Source: a virus
Reading direction: 5' to 3' (one strand)
IMG/VR virus record: IMGVR_UViG_3300020581_000010
Span: 11,253-75,252 of that record
Length of the DNA stretch: 64,000 nt
Shown here: positions 15,646 to 25,109 of the stretch, piece by piece
Layout of the letters: the number at the start of each line of letters is the position of its first letter
Position numbering within the stretch: the stretch's first letter is position 1
The notes under the pieces: generated by a model
The model's input: only the letters and a program-made list of their open reading frames with translations
Told to the model about the DNA's origin: nothing
Database searches by the model: none
Position numbers and translations under genes: made by a program

Positions 15646-17246
15646 TTTCCGTTTGCCGTTGCCGACACCCTCCCATTCGCATGGACTTCTTTTGCACGCC
15701 CACGCCTCTTGAGAATTTCCAGCACTTCCTCAATTGTCTCGCCATCGGTCCAAGCCTTCTTGGTGTGGCTTTTCAATCCGAGATCGGCAGGTCCAACTTG
15801 TGCCGCTTCCTTGTCACCTTGGCCAAGTGCTGCCGTCATCGGGTCGGACGGCACCATTGCCCCACCGCCCGTGCCCGGTTGCTGGCCGGTTCCGCCGATC
15901 CATTCCTTGTCCCTGTCCGACGGCTTCAGCCCGACAAGCTGTCTGAATTCGCCGACCGTAATTACGCCCGGTTTCGACGCTGCCGCGTTCGCTCGTTCGA
16001 GATCGAACTTCTCATCGCTCGGCTTCTTGCCGTGCAAGTGCAGATGAACGTCTTCGCTGTACCACGGATGAATCAGACCGACTGTCAACGCACTTGCGAA
16101 CTTCGCCAACATTGGGTCTAAGCTGCTGTAATGGAAGCTCATGATCGAAGCGTGGTCGGTCGCAAAGTTGTCGTGGCCAGAAAGGCCGGCAATCGCTTTG
16201 TTCAGGCCGAATGCCGCGAGCGTGAATTCTAACAACTGATCCCAAGATTTTTCCCAGCCCATTTCTGCCGGGCTGTTCGTGAACGGGGTCAGTTTGCTGA
16301 ACGGCGGGGCGACGAACGGGATTCCAGAATTCTCTGCCCCACCGTAGATGTTGACCAACTGCTCCCTCAGCCTCTCCATGTCCTTCGCCGATGGCTGAAA
16401 CGCCAAACTGTCGAAACTCAACATAAACCGCTGTTTCAGCCCCTGCTTCATCTCGTTCGCCCGGCTCAAATCCATCTGCCTCACCACGTCCGTCTGTGCA
16501 GCAATCGCAAAGAGGCAGGCATATCCCGTCCACCGGAAGAACGGGTGAGGGTCTTTGACCATCACGATCTGCTCGGCGGGGACCACCGTCCCGACCCCCT
16601 GCTGGACTGGAATCTGTGCGTATGGTCCTGCGGGTAGCCACGGCTGCACCAGCCATGCCCCGTTAGGCCACAGGGGGCTGATGGGCTGCGGGATCAACGA
16701 CGCAGTGGAGAGGACGTAGGCTTCCTGCGGGCGGTCCCATTCGATGTCCAGTTCCCAAGGCGTCCAGATGGGGGCCATGCCAGTGAGGCACTTCTGCAAG
16801 TTTCCCTGTTCAAGGATGTCAGCCAGCGTTTCCTTGGGGTTCGGATGGCTGAGGAATTCGACCACCTCGTCCTTGGGGTAGACGGGGATTCGCCTGTCGG
16901 GTTCTCGCGGGTCCAATTCGTAGAACTCGGCCTCAGCCTGGTAGAAATGGCGGTTCAGCGTGTTGATGGCCAAGAACACTTGAGAGAAGTACTGCCGGCT
17001 GAGCTGGAACCAATTCTGATCGGCGTAGCCTGGGGCGTTGACCCTCTGGGCAGACCAGAAGAATCGGTAGGCATCGAACGTGCTGAGGACGTTCTGGCTG
17101 CCATAGTCGGCGATGTCCGTGAGCGGCTGGACGCGATTCGGTGGGCCGGTGTCCCTCCACCGTCGCCACCACGCCGAGCTGTTGCTGGACATGCTCGGAG
17201 CTGCGAGCGATTGGGCTTTCTGGTTAGCGGAGCAAGTGTAGGGCAT
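15642..17246 (-). CDS. Portal protein (start may be 17192)
   Basis: LSHPNP.ET, LTGMA.IW, PAEQIV.VKDPHP, YGG.ENSG.P, LAAFG, ITVGEFRQLVGLKP motifs. Confidence 0.88.
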   Translation of the reverse strand: MPYTCSANQKAQSLAAPSMSSNSSAWWRRWRDTGPPNRVQPLTDIADYGSQNVLSTFDAYRFFWSAQRVNAPGYADQNWFQLSRQYFSQVFLAINTLNRHFYQAEAEFYELDPREPDRRIPVYPKDEVVEFLSHPNPKETLADILEQGNLQKCLTGMAPIWTPWELDIEWDRPQEAYVLSTASLIPQPISPLWPNGAWLVQPWLPAGPYAQIPVQQGVGTVVPAEQIVMVKDPHPFFRWTGYACLFAIAAQTDVVRQMDLSRANEMKQGLKQRFMLSFDSLAFQPSAKDMERLREQLVNIYGGAENSGIPFVAPPFSKLTPFTNSPAEMGWEKSWDQLLEFTLAAFGLNKAIAGLSGHDNFATDHASIMSFHYSSLDPMLAKFASALTVGLIHPWYSEDVHLHLHGKKPSDEKFDLERANAAASKPGVITVGEFRQLVGLKPSDRDKEWIGGTGQQPGTGGGAMVPSDPMTAALGQGDKEAAQVGPADLGLKSHTKKAWTDGETIEEVLEILKRRGRAKEVHANGRVSATANGK

Positions 17247-17674
17247 TAAGCCACCTTGACAGATTCATTCTTGACGAAAACGCCGTCCTTCATGGTCCCG
17301 ATGGGTTCCGCCTTGTACTTGCTAGCCAAGTAGACGTTGTTGTCCTCATCTGCCACGATGGCGTCCGCCCGGAAAGGCAAGCCACGGAGTGGATATTCCC
17401 CGTCCTCAATCTTGCCCCAGTCTGGGCTTTCGAGGTACAGGAGGATGGTTTTGCCCGCGTCCCACGGTTGCCATTCGACTACCTTGGCATTCTTGAAGTG
17501 GTCGCACCACAACGTCCCGACGCTGAGTTTCTTGTTGCTGAGGCTTACGAACAAGTCGAGGACCAGCTCGGGAGTGATGACGAATCCCTGCACGCTTCGC
17601 CCGACGAATCTCTTCGCATGGGCAATCTCCTCAGGTGTCATCTGGGAAACAATCGCTGCTAGTTCATCTGTCAT
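17246..17674 (-). CDS. Hypothetical protein
   Basis: GAGGA RBS; abuts portal. Confidence 0.65.
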   Translation of the reverse strand: MTDELAAIVSQMTPEEIAHAKRFVGRSVQGFVITPELVLDLFVSLSNKKLSVGTLWCDHFKNAKVVEWQPWDAGKTILLYLESPDWGKIEDGEYPLRGLPFRADAIVADEDNNVYLASKYKAEPIGTMKDGVFVKNESVKVA

Positions 17675-17742
17675 TGTCTGTCCTCAAAGTGGCCCGCCGG
17701 GCCGTTTTCAATCTAAATTGAAACATGCCCCAGGGGCAGATT

Positions 17743-18189
17743 TCACTTCCCCGCCTTCGCCAGTTCCTTCTTCGGTTCTGCCTTGGGTTCGACTTTCGGT
17801 TCCGGCAACAGCCCCATCCTGATCTTGTTGTCGCGGATCGTGGTGACGACTTTCTGAGTCTGGAACCACTTCCGCATCTCGGCTTCCACCGCCTGCTTGT
17901 GCTCCGGCTTCAGCAGAGACAGCTTGGCCTGGGCGTTCTGCTCGTTGCCCTTCGGTCGCTCGATGCTCTCGATCCGTGCTGCGGACTCCGGCAGGTCGGC
18001 GTGCAGGTAGAACAGGATTAAGGCGTACGCAGCGTGGGCCATCGTGGGGAACGTCGGGGCGTTCTCAAGCATCTCCCCGTTGTCGAACTCCGGCAGCGGC
18101 TGGAAGGCACGGTGCGGGGCGAAGTATTTCACCCCCGGAAAGAAGATGGATTGCCCATTGACGACGTGCGGCGGTTTCTCGTTCGGCAT
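17743..18189 (-). CDS. Hypothetical protein
   Basis: MPNEKPPH start with GGAG RBS. Confidence 0.6.
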   Translation of the reverse strand: MPNEKPPHVVNGQSIFFPGVKYFAPHRAFQPLPEFDNGEMLENAPTFPTMAHAAYALILFYLHADLPESAARIESIERPKGNEQNAQAKLSLLKPEHKQAVEAEMRKWFQTQKVVTTIRDNKIRMGLLPEPKVEPKAEPKKELAKAGK

Positions 18190-18287
18190 GACTCGCTCCA
18201 GGTTTGCAGTTGCAATCTCTCGCTTTAAAGAATACGCTTTCTGATGGACACGTACAAGCGTTATCACTCCAATGGAGGGTTTCTGCC

Positions 18288-18983
18288 ATGTCTACCGCCG
18301 TCGTTGAACCTGTCGAACCGAAAGCGAAGCCCATCGACCCGGCACCGCCCGCCGATCCGCTTTTCGCAAGGATCGTTGCCAAGTACACCACGGCCTACCG
18401 TGCCCTGTCCGCCAAGGTCAGGGCCGGTACGAAGGAAGTGTTCGGAGACCTGTGGAGCCTTGAGCAAGAGGCGTCCGCAGCGATCAGGGCAATGAGTCCT
18501 GCTGCCTACTACGACTTCGTGTCTGAAGCGAACATCGAACCCCACCACGACAGCAACCGACCGATCACCCCAGCGATGATCGACAAGGCGTCCGAGATAT
18601 GCCAGGCCCGCATCGACTCGCTGACCCGCGTCGTCGGCGGCACGGTCGAGAAGAAAAAGACTGTCGTCAAGCCCGAAGACTACGAGGTCAACACCACCAT
18701 CGTCGCACCGACCCTGACCGGCGTGCAGGCCGTGAAGCCCGCGAAGATGGACGGCATCAAGGTAGCCAGTTCGGTTGACGTTGACCTCGACTCCCCTGAC
18801 TGGGAGCGGGTGACGCCCACCATCGTTGACCCGCTGACGGGCACGTTCACCGCGAGGTTCTTCAAGGAGCACAAGGCGGGTGCCAAGCTGACGCGGGTGA
18901 AGGTGGCGGCACCGCACGAGGCAGTGATCGAGGACCCGAACGCGAAGCCGCTTGAGAAAACTGGCGAACCGAAACCCGTTTAA
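18288..18983 (+). CDS. Hypothetical protein
   Basis: GGAGGG RBS; phage-like codon usage; heads the terminase operon. Confidence 0.7.
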   Translation: MSTAVVEPVEPKAKPIDPAPPADPLFARIVAKYTTAYRALSAKVRAGTKEVFGDLWSLEQEASAAIRAMSPAAYYDFVSEANIEPHHDSNRPITPAMIDKASEICQARIDSLTRVVGGTVEKKKTVVKPEDYEVNTTIVAPTLTGVQAVKPAKMDGIKVASSVDVDLDSPDWERVTPTIVDPLTGTFTARFFKEHKAGAKLTRVKVAAPHEAVIEDPNAKPLEKTGEPKPV

Positions 18984-19010
18984 CCCGTTTTTTGACGGCT
19001 GGAAAACGGA

Positions 19011-19619
19011 ATGAGCGAGCGAACAGAGAAGGGGACATTCGCGGCCGGCAACAAGGGCGGACCCGGCAGGCCACGCAAGAAGGACGACGAACGCAAGAGG
19101 TACATCGAAGCCTTCCGCGAGACCGTCACCGTAGACGACTGGATCGCCATCGTCCAGCAAGCCGTGACCCACGCCAAGAGCGACGACGCCAAGGAAGCCC
19201 ACCAAGCCCGCGAGTGGCTGGCGAACTACCTCATCGGCAAAGACCCGTTCACCGTGATCGACCTCGCCGAGAAGATCGAAGGACTCGAAGAGGTGATCGC
19301 CAGCATCCAGAACAAGCCAATAGGTGCAAATGGACAGGCGGAATTTCCTGACAGTGACGACGGGGGCGATAACCCTCCACCAGCTGGGCCAGAGGGCCCA
19401 GGGCCTGTACCAGTGGCTCCCGCAACCGGCGAACCCGGTGGTCGAGCAAATCCGCCAGAGGCCCGAAGCGGTGATGACGCTGGCAGGGATGAAACCGGAC
19501 CCGTGGCAGGTGAACCTGCTCCGCTCCAAGGCCGAGACGGTGTACGCCAACACGACACGCCAAGGCGGGAAAAGCCTGGTAGCTGGGGCGGTCGCCCTCC
19601 AGGTGGCATTGACTTCTGA
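19011..19619 (+). CDS. terS: Terminase small subunit (DUF5681-like)
   Basis: GTFAAGNKGGPGRP N-terminus, helical core; directly before TerL. Confidence 0.75.
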   Translation: MSERTEKGTFAAGNKGGPGRPRKKDDERKRYIEAFRETVTVDDWIAIVQQAVTHAKSDDAKEAHQAREWLANYLIGKDPFTVIDLAEKIEGLEEVIASIQNKPIGANGQAEFPDSDDGGDNPPPAGPEGPGPVPVAPATGEPGGRANPPEARSGDDAGRDETGPVAGEPAPLQGRDGVRQHDTPRREKPGSWGGRPPGGIDF

Positions 19620-20199
19620 CGGCTCAACAACGCTCATCGTCAGCCCCTCGGAACGCCAGTCAATCGAACTGCTCCAAGAGAAGATTCTCCCTCTCTACCG
19701 CAAGCTGGGCCGACCCCTGGGTCTCCTCCGCGACAGCCAGACCTCCGTGCGGTTCGGCAACGGCTCACGCATCGTGGCCCTGCCCGGCAAGGAAGAGACC
19801 ATCCGGTCCTTCTCGGCCGTTTCCTTGCTCATCCTTGACGAAGCCGCACGCATACCGGACCCGCTGTTCTACTCAGTCGGTGCGTTCCTCGCGGTGAGTC
19901 ACGGGCGGATGCTGGCGATGTCCACCCCTTTCGGGCAGCGGGGATGGTTCTACGAGGAGTGGAGGGGGGCAGGTGCGTACGAGCGGTTCGAGGTTCCGGC
20001 GTCGATGTGCCCACGCATCCCCGCGAAGTTCCTTGAGGAAGAGCGTAGGAAGATGGGGCCGCGATGGTTCGCTCAGGAGTACGGCAATTCCTTTGAGGCA
20101 GCGACGGGCAGTGTGTTCAACCCCGAAGACGTGGACGCCATGTTCGACTTGGACGACCTGCCTGAAGGCGTGAGCCCTGAACAACTCGCCGGGGTGTAG
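19330..20199 (+). CDS. terL: Terminase large subunit, ATPase part
   Basis: PDPWQ Q-motif, RQGGKS Walker A, LLILDEAA Walker B, STPFG.RGWFY. Confidence 0.9.
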   Translation: MDRRNFLTVTTGAITLHQLGQRAQGLYQWLPQPANPVVEQIRQRPEAVMTLAGMKPDPWQVNLLRSKAETVYANTTRQGGKSLVAGAVALQVALTSDGSTTLIVSPSERQSIELLQEKILPLYRKLGRPLGLLRDSQTSVRFGNGSRIVALPGKEETIRSFSAVSLLILDEAARIPDPLFYSVGAFLAVSHGRMLAMSTPFGQRGWFYEEWRGAGAYERFEVPASMCPRIPAKFLEEERRKMGPRWFAQEYGNSFEAATGSVFNPEDVDAMFDLDDLPEGVSPEQLAGV

Positions 20200-20201
20200 C
20201 C

Positions 20202-21137
20202 GTGGAGTGGATCGTCAGCATCGACCTGGGGAAGATCAACGACTACACCGCGTTCATCTGTGCGAGGAAGGCCGAGACGAACCCGCCTATCTACCTTGTC
20301 GAACACATCGAGCGGTTTGAAATTGGTCTGCCCACACTCTACCCCTCAGTCGTTCGTCGCATGAGGAAGGTACTCGGCAGCGAGAAGATGGAGGGAGCGA
20401 GGTTCATCGCGGACGGCACCGGCGTAGGCATGGCCGTGGTGGACATGTTCCGCGAGCACCAAGAGACACGCGGCGTCATCCCCATCAGTATCACTTGCGG
20501 CAAGCATGCTACTTGGAACCAAGAGGGCAACGCCTGGCATGTCCCAAAGCTGGAACTCATCTCCGTGATGCAATCGCTACTGCCGAGCAAGCGAGTGAAG
20601 ATCAACGACGGCTCTGGTAGGACTGACAAGGCACACCCTGACGTGGACCTCGGCCCGGTGCTGGCAAAGGAGATGAAGAGCTTTGACTGGACCCGCAAGC
20701 ACAAGACCGACGACAGCCAAATGACTCTGGAGTTGTGGCGAGAAAAGACGAACGATGACACCGTCCTCGCACTGGCCATGCTCCTGTGGTACGGCGAACG
20801 CGGCCGTGGCATCAACTACAACCTCGAACTAATTGGCGAGCGAATAGCCGCTGCGACCGACGAAGTGGTCAAGTACCCGTTCATCCGATTCTTCCGGCCC
20901 CACAAGACGTTCCAGCCCGTGCCAAAGGTCAACGGCCAGGAAGTACTCGGATGCCTTGGATACGACACCCAAGAGGAGGCGTTGCTGTTCTCCCTCGAAC
21001 TGCTCAAGAGGGCAGGGGAACGGGTGAAGTTTGAGGCACCTGAGGACGTGCGGGAACTGGACGAACGGAAAAGGGCGAAGGTACTGGAGGACGTGGTCAG
21101 GATGATGGGGCAGAGGGGGATTGCGGTGAGGCGTTAG
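20202..21137 (+). CDS. Terminase large subunit, RNase H-like nuclease part (separate gene)
   Basis: IDLGKINDYTA, DGTGVG.AVVD, NDDTVLALAM. Confidence 0.85.
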   Translation: MEWIVSIDLGKINDYTAFICARKAETNPPIYLVEHIERFEIGLPTLYPSVVRRMRKVLGSEKMEGARFIADGTGVGMAVVDMFREHQETRGVIPISITCGKHATWNQEGNAWHVPKLELISVMQSLLPSKRVKINDGSGRTDKAHPDVDLGPVLAKEMKSFDWTRKHKTDDSQMTLELWREKTNDDTVLALAMLLWYGERGRGINYNLELIGERIAAATDEVVKYPFIRFFRPHKTFQPVPKVNGQEVLGCLGYDTQEEALLFSLELLKRAGERVKFEAPEDVRELDERKRAKVLEDVVRMMGQRGIAVRR

Positions 21138-22329
21138 ATTCTGCTCTCTCCACATCGCGTTTGCATTCAGCAATTACGGCGTCTATCACGTCTAGAGGCT
21201 TGGCCGTGCTCTCCAAAAGGTGAACGCTTATCTGCCGACGCGTTCCGAAACTGTCATGCCAGAACCTAACGTCGATGACGTAGTTTTGTGGATCAAACGG
21301 GTCATTGGGTGACACCTGCACGTCTTGTACGGTGGCCAAAGTATTCCAGCCAGGACATGCCGTCCGCATCCGTTTGTTGATGGTATCTGCCCAAGCGACG
21401 GGGTTCATTGCTTGCCCTTTCCTACACTGACATTCCCCTTCTCATCGACCGTCAGGCATTCGTCAGCCTTGACCTCTTGGATTGCTAATTGAGCGTGGCC
21501 TAGTTCGCGTACCACTTCGGCAACCTTCTCCAGTCCGTCCTTCTCAGGGAATAGCTGGACGTAGGCCGTGACGACGCTGCCGCAAGAAATGTCGAGCACG
21601 ATGCGATGGACTCCATCAGCTTTCAGGCCGAGAGCCTCAGCGATTTTCCGGCAGGAATTGTCCCAGCCGCCGACTGGCAGGAACGCCATCACTCGCCCTC
21701 CACGATGATCGGTTGCGGGTCGTCCACGTCGGCATATTCAAGCGTCACTTTGTCGACGCCGAACGCTTTGTAAACGAAGTCCATGAGATTGCACCACTTA
21801 TCGATCCATCTTTGCTTCTCTTCCTTCGTCATTCCCTTGACGGGCTTGATCGTCACGCCCGGTGTCGGCTTGAACGTGAACAGCATGGGTTTGCCGTAGA
21901 TCGCCTTGCCTTCCTCGTGGAGCTGCCTGATACGTTCGGCGATATTGCCGGGAACAAGAATGCCGCCATCCGATGAGCGAAGCAACGGAAACGGTTCGCC
22001 GTGTTCTATCATCGTCTTTTGACCATCCCTTCCTGCATGGCCTTCTGTTGTGCCAATCCGTACTTGTCCACGATAGCACACGCCGCCTTCATGGAGGCTT
22101 CCATCGCCGGCCCACGGAAGTATTCTACGCCCTGCGTGACGCCCTCAGACAGCAAGAAAACAGCGATCCCTTCCTCTGTCCCCACTTCCTTGAGGAAGCA
22201 CTGTACGCTGTCCCTGACCTTGCCCCGCCAGAGGCAGTCTTCGAGCGTGGCCAGGTCATCGTCTGGAACGCCGTCGATTGCGAGACCGAAGACTTGGGTG
22301 CAGAGGGGGAACTTGTGGTGGTCGGTCAT
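21097..22329 (-). other. Four coupled hypothetical genes (21097-21408, 21405-21692, 21689-22012, 22009-22329)
   Basis: ATGA-type overlapping stop/start junctions. Confidence 0.6.
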
Positions 22330-22553
22330 GAATCGTTCCTCTCTTCCGTCCACGGATTCTTCAAGTGCTCCCATGCGTCATCAAACTTCCGCATGGCTTC
22401 GTCGGCGGTCTCGCCCTGTGCGTAAATGTCTCCATATCGTGCGTGCCAAAATGCTTTCGCTCCTTCGTGCGATGACGATAGCCGCAATTCCGGCCTGAAC
22501 AAGACGCTCGGCCTGCATCGCTGGGATTCGGCGTAGGCGTTGGAATCGGTCAT
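22326..22553 (-). CDS. HicB-like small protein
   Basis: IYAQGETADEAMRKF motif. Confidence 0.45.
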   Translation of the reverse strand: MTDSNAYAESQRCRPSVLFRPELRLSSSHEGAKAFWHARYGDIYAQGETADEAMRKFDDAWEHLKNPWTEERNDS

Positions 22554-23287
22554 CTCCCATTCCTCTGTGCCACCAGCCCGTCCAGAAACGCCCGCCCCTT
22601 CTCGTCGTTCAGCATCCACCGCCCCGCAATCGCTGCCAGGGCCTCCGGGAACTCATCCGTCTGCAACTCAGGCTTGTTGATCGTCCGCCCCTTCCAGTGC
22701 CCTGACCAGTGGTCCCAGTCGCACCAGAGGGCCAGCCCTGCCTCGTGGCACTTCTGGTGGAACACCGTATCCTCTCCGCCTTCGAGCTGCGTCCCGCGGT
22801 CATTGTACACGTAGTGGAACCACGGCGGTGACATCCTCTTGAAGACTGACGGGTGGTAGGCAACGGTGTGGGTGCCGATGTTGCCGATCCGCGTCAGGCC
22901 GGTCATCGTCGCGGCCTGGGCCTCTGTGTAACGCTTGGCGTCAACGTCCCACACGCAGGGGTTCTCGTTCGATGCGAGGTAGGGGAAGCCGAGAATGTCG
23001 GCCCTCCTAATGTGTTGCGTGGGATAGAACATCAGACAGACATTCTCTATCGTCCCCACCGCCGGCACCGCGTCGTCGTCCACCATGATCAGCGGCACGT
23101 CCAGAGTCAGGCAAGCGTCCGCGAGCTGGTTCCGGGCCTGCGGTGTGTTCCGATGCGGCACGGGCATCACCAAGAGCCTGCCCCAGCCGTGGATGGACGC
23201 AAGCTCCTCAGCGAGCCACTTGAGCTGGTCAGTGCGGGACCATCCTGAGTAGGTAGGTAGGCCGAGAATGGCGAAAGGTTTGGTCAT
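22550..23287 (-). CDS. GT-A fold (GT2-like) glycosyltransferase
   Basis: ARNQL, MVDDD, PPWF, GEDTVFHQKC...WCDWD...GH. Confidence 0.8.
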   Translation of the reverse strand: MTKPFAILGLPTYSGWSRTDQLKWLAEELASIHGWGRLLVMPVPHRNTPQARNQLADACLTLDVPLIMVDDDAVPAVGTIENVCLMFYPTQHIRRADILGFPYLASNENPCVWDVDAKRYTEAQAATMTGLTRIGNIGTHTVAYHPSVFKRMSPPWFHYVYNDRGTQLEGGEDTVFHQKCHEAGLALWCDWDHWSGHWKGRTINKPELQTDEFPEALAAIAGRWMLNDEKGRAFLDGLVAQRNGR

Positions 23288-23472
23288 TCCTCTTTCCGCT
23301 CCACAAGATCGTAGCTCTCAAGCAACCACGAGACGAAATACCCCATCGGCGTCTTCCAGGAATCGACCGTCTCAAGCATGGCCTTGAAAACGTCCGGCAG
23401 TTCCTTCTTGGCGAACCCGTGGAACTTCTCCATGAGTTCCTGCGATGCAACCTCGAATTCTTCGTCGCTCAT
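23284..23472 (-). CDS. Hypothetical protein
   Basis: MSDEEFEV, coupled to both neighbours. Confidence 0.5.
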   Translation of the reverse strand: MSDEEFEVASQELMEKFHGFAKKELPDVFKAMLETVDSWKTPMGYFVSWLLESYDLVERKEE

Positions 23473-24086
23473 CAAAACTCCGGCACCCAAGGTTTCACAT
23501 CCGGCAGCGGTGGAACAGCCAACTGCTCCGCCCGTGCCCGTTTCGCCGCGAAGTACACTTCCTTGCACGCCACCACGTCAGCCATCGCGTCGTGGGCTCC
23601 TGTCAACGCTTTGCCGCAGATCATCTCGTATGCCTCTGCCAGCTTCGGCCACTTGTAGCCATATTTGCCCGGCAGCTTGCATATCGGGGTGGCCATCTCC
23701 ATGACGCAAACCTGCACCGGGGGATAGGTCAACGACATGCCCGCTAGCGTAGCCTCTCGGATGAGTAGGTTGCGGTCGAATGAGAGGTTGTAGACGGCCA
23801 AGGTTCCTGACGCTGGCATCATGCTCTGGAGATGCTTCAAGGCATCGGCCATCGGTATGCCGTCTTGCTCGCACTTCTCCGTGGTGATGCCGTGGACCGC
23901 AGTCGCTTCCGGTGGGATGGTCCAGCCATCGGGCTTGATGAACAGCTTGCACGATCCGACCGGTTCACCCTCGCCGTCAACCAGCATTGCCGCGAGCTGG
24001 ACGATGCGAGGCTGGTGCGGTGCGTCGTCAGGGGAGTGATAGTCCCATAGGGATGTCGTTTCTGTGTCCACGAAAGTCGTGCTCAT
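23472..24086 (-). CDS. DEDDh 3'-5' exonuclease (DnaQ-like)
   Basis: VDTETT, VHGIT, YNLSFD, AHDAMAD. Confidence 0.9.
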   Translation of the reverse strand: MSTTFVDTETTSLWDYHSPDDAPHQPRIVQLAAMLVDGEGEPVGSCKLFIKPDGWTIPPEATAVHGITTEKCEQDGIPMADALKHLQSMMPASGTLAVYNLSFDRNLLIREATLAGMSLTYPPVQVCVMEMATPICKLPGKYGYKWPKLAEAYEMICGKALTGAHDAMADVVACKEVYFAAKRARAEQLAVPPLPDVKPWVPEF

Positions 24087-25105
24087 GCTGCACCTCTTCG
24101 CCCAAGAGAATCACCATCCTCGGAGCAACGCCGTCGCTGTCTAGAACCCCAAGGAAGTAGTCACGCCACGCCGAACTGTCCACCATTATCCCATCGACCT
24201 TGTACGTCTTGCCGTCCTTGCACTTCATTGTCTTCGGGAGGCATTCCGTCTTGACCACCCGCATCCCGAGTACCGAATCCCTGGTTGCTTCCTTCAGCTT
24301 GCCCATCGCGTTCAGGATTTCCGGAACGTTCGGCGGTGGCATGTTTATGCTAGCACAGTACGTGTGCGGGTCGTTCAGCCAGCTCATTTGATGGTCAACT
24401 CCTCAGTAGTCCCCAATAGCTTTCCGCCGCAGTAGATTTTCGCTGGCCCTAAAACGACAGGCTTCCCGCCGAGCATGGCCTTGTCCCTCCTGATCTTGTC
24501 TGACAGCCACCTATCGGACTCTGCCTTCTGCGGTGGGGAGAGCAGAGATAGCTGGCAATCGTATGACCACAGAGGCAAGCCAGCGAAGATTACCGGCCTT
24601 CCTCGTGCGTCGGCAAGCAACCGTGCGTCGCGTTTGTCGCTCATCACTCCCTCGCTTCCACGATCACGGGTTTCAGTTCGCACGTCGTTACTTCCTCCAT
24701 GTCAATCCAAGTGCGGATGTCCAACGCTTGCGGATGGCTCCACCACAACAATGCCGTATGCCACTTGCCGTCGTCTGGTACGTCTCGGGCCTTCACGAAC
24801 ATTTTGGTGACTGAACTTTTAAAGGCCTCTGGCGGAAGCATGCCCGATCCGATGGCAGTGTCAAAAAACGTCTTTGGCCTCGCCTTTTCTTTCTCGTCGT
24901 AGGTCGTGACAATCTCTTGTCCGACTCGTTTGACTTGGGATGAAACCGTGCGTCCTCGATCTATCAGCAGTTCTTTCAGTCGCTCTTGTTCCTTGGCTTC
25001 CTCAAGAGCGGTGTCCCAAATCCTCCTCAGGTTCGCCACGTGGTCGCTTGTTAGCCGTGACACGCAAGGGTGCACCTCGGCCAAGCATTCCTCAAACGTC
25101 TTCAT
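24028..25105 (-). other. Three hypothetical genes (24028-24387, 24384-24644, 24644-25105)
   Basis: Overlapping stop/start junctions. Confidence 0.55.
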
Positions 25106-25109
25106 GCTA

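Noticed and set aside
19330-19400. Twin-arginine-like motif MDRRNFL at the TerL N-terminus
   Set aside because: The hydrophobic region is short, export of a terminase is implausible, and the segment is dual-coding; probably coincidental.
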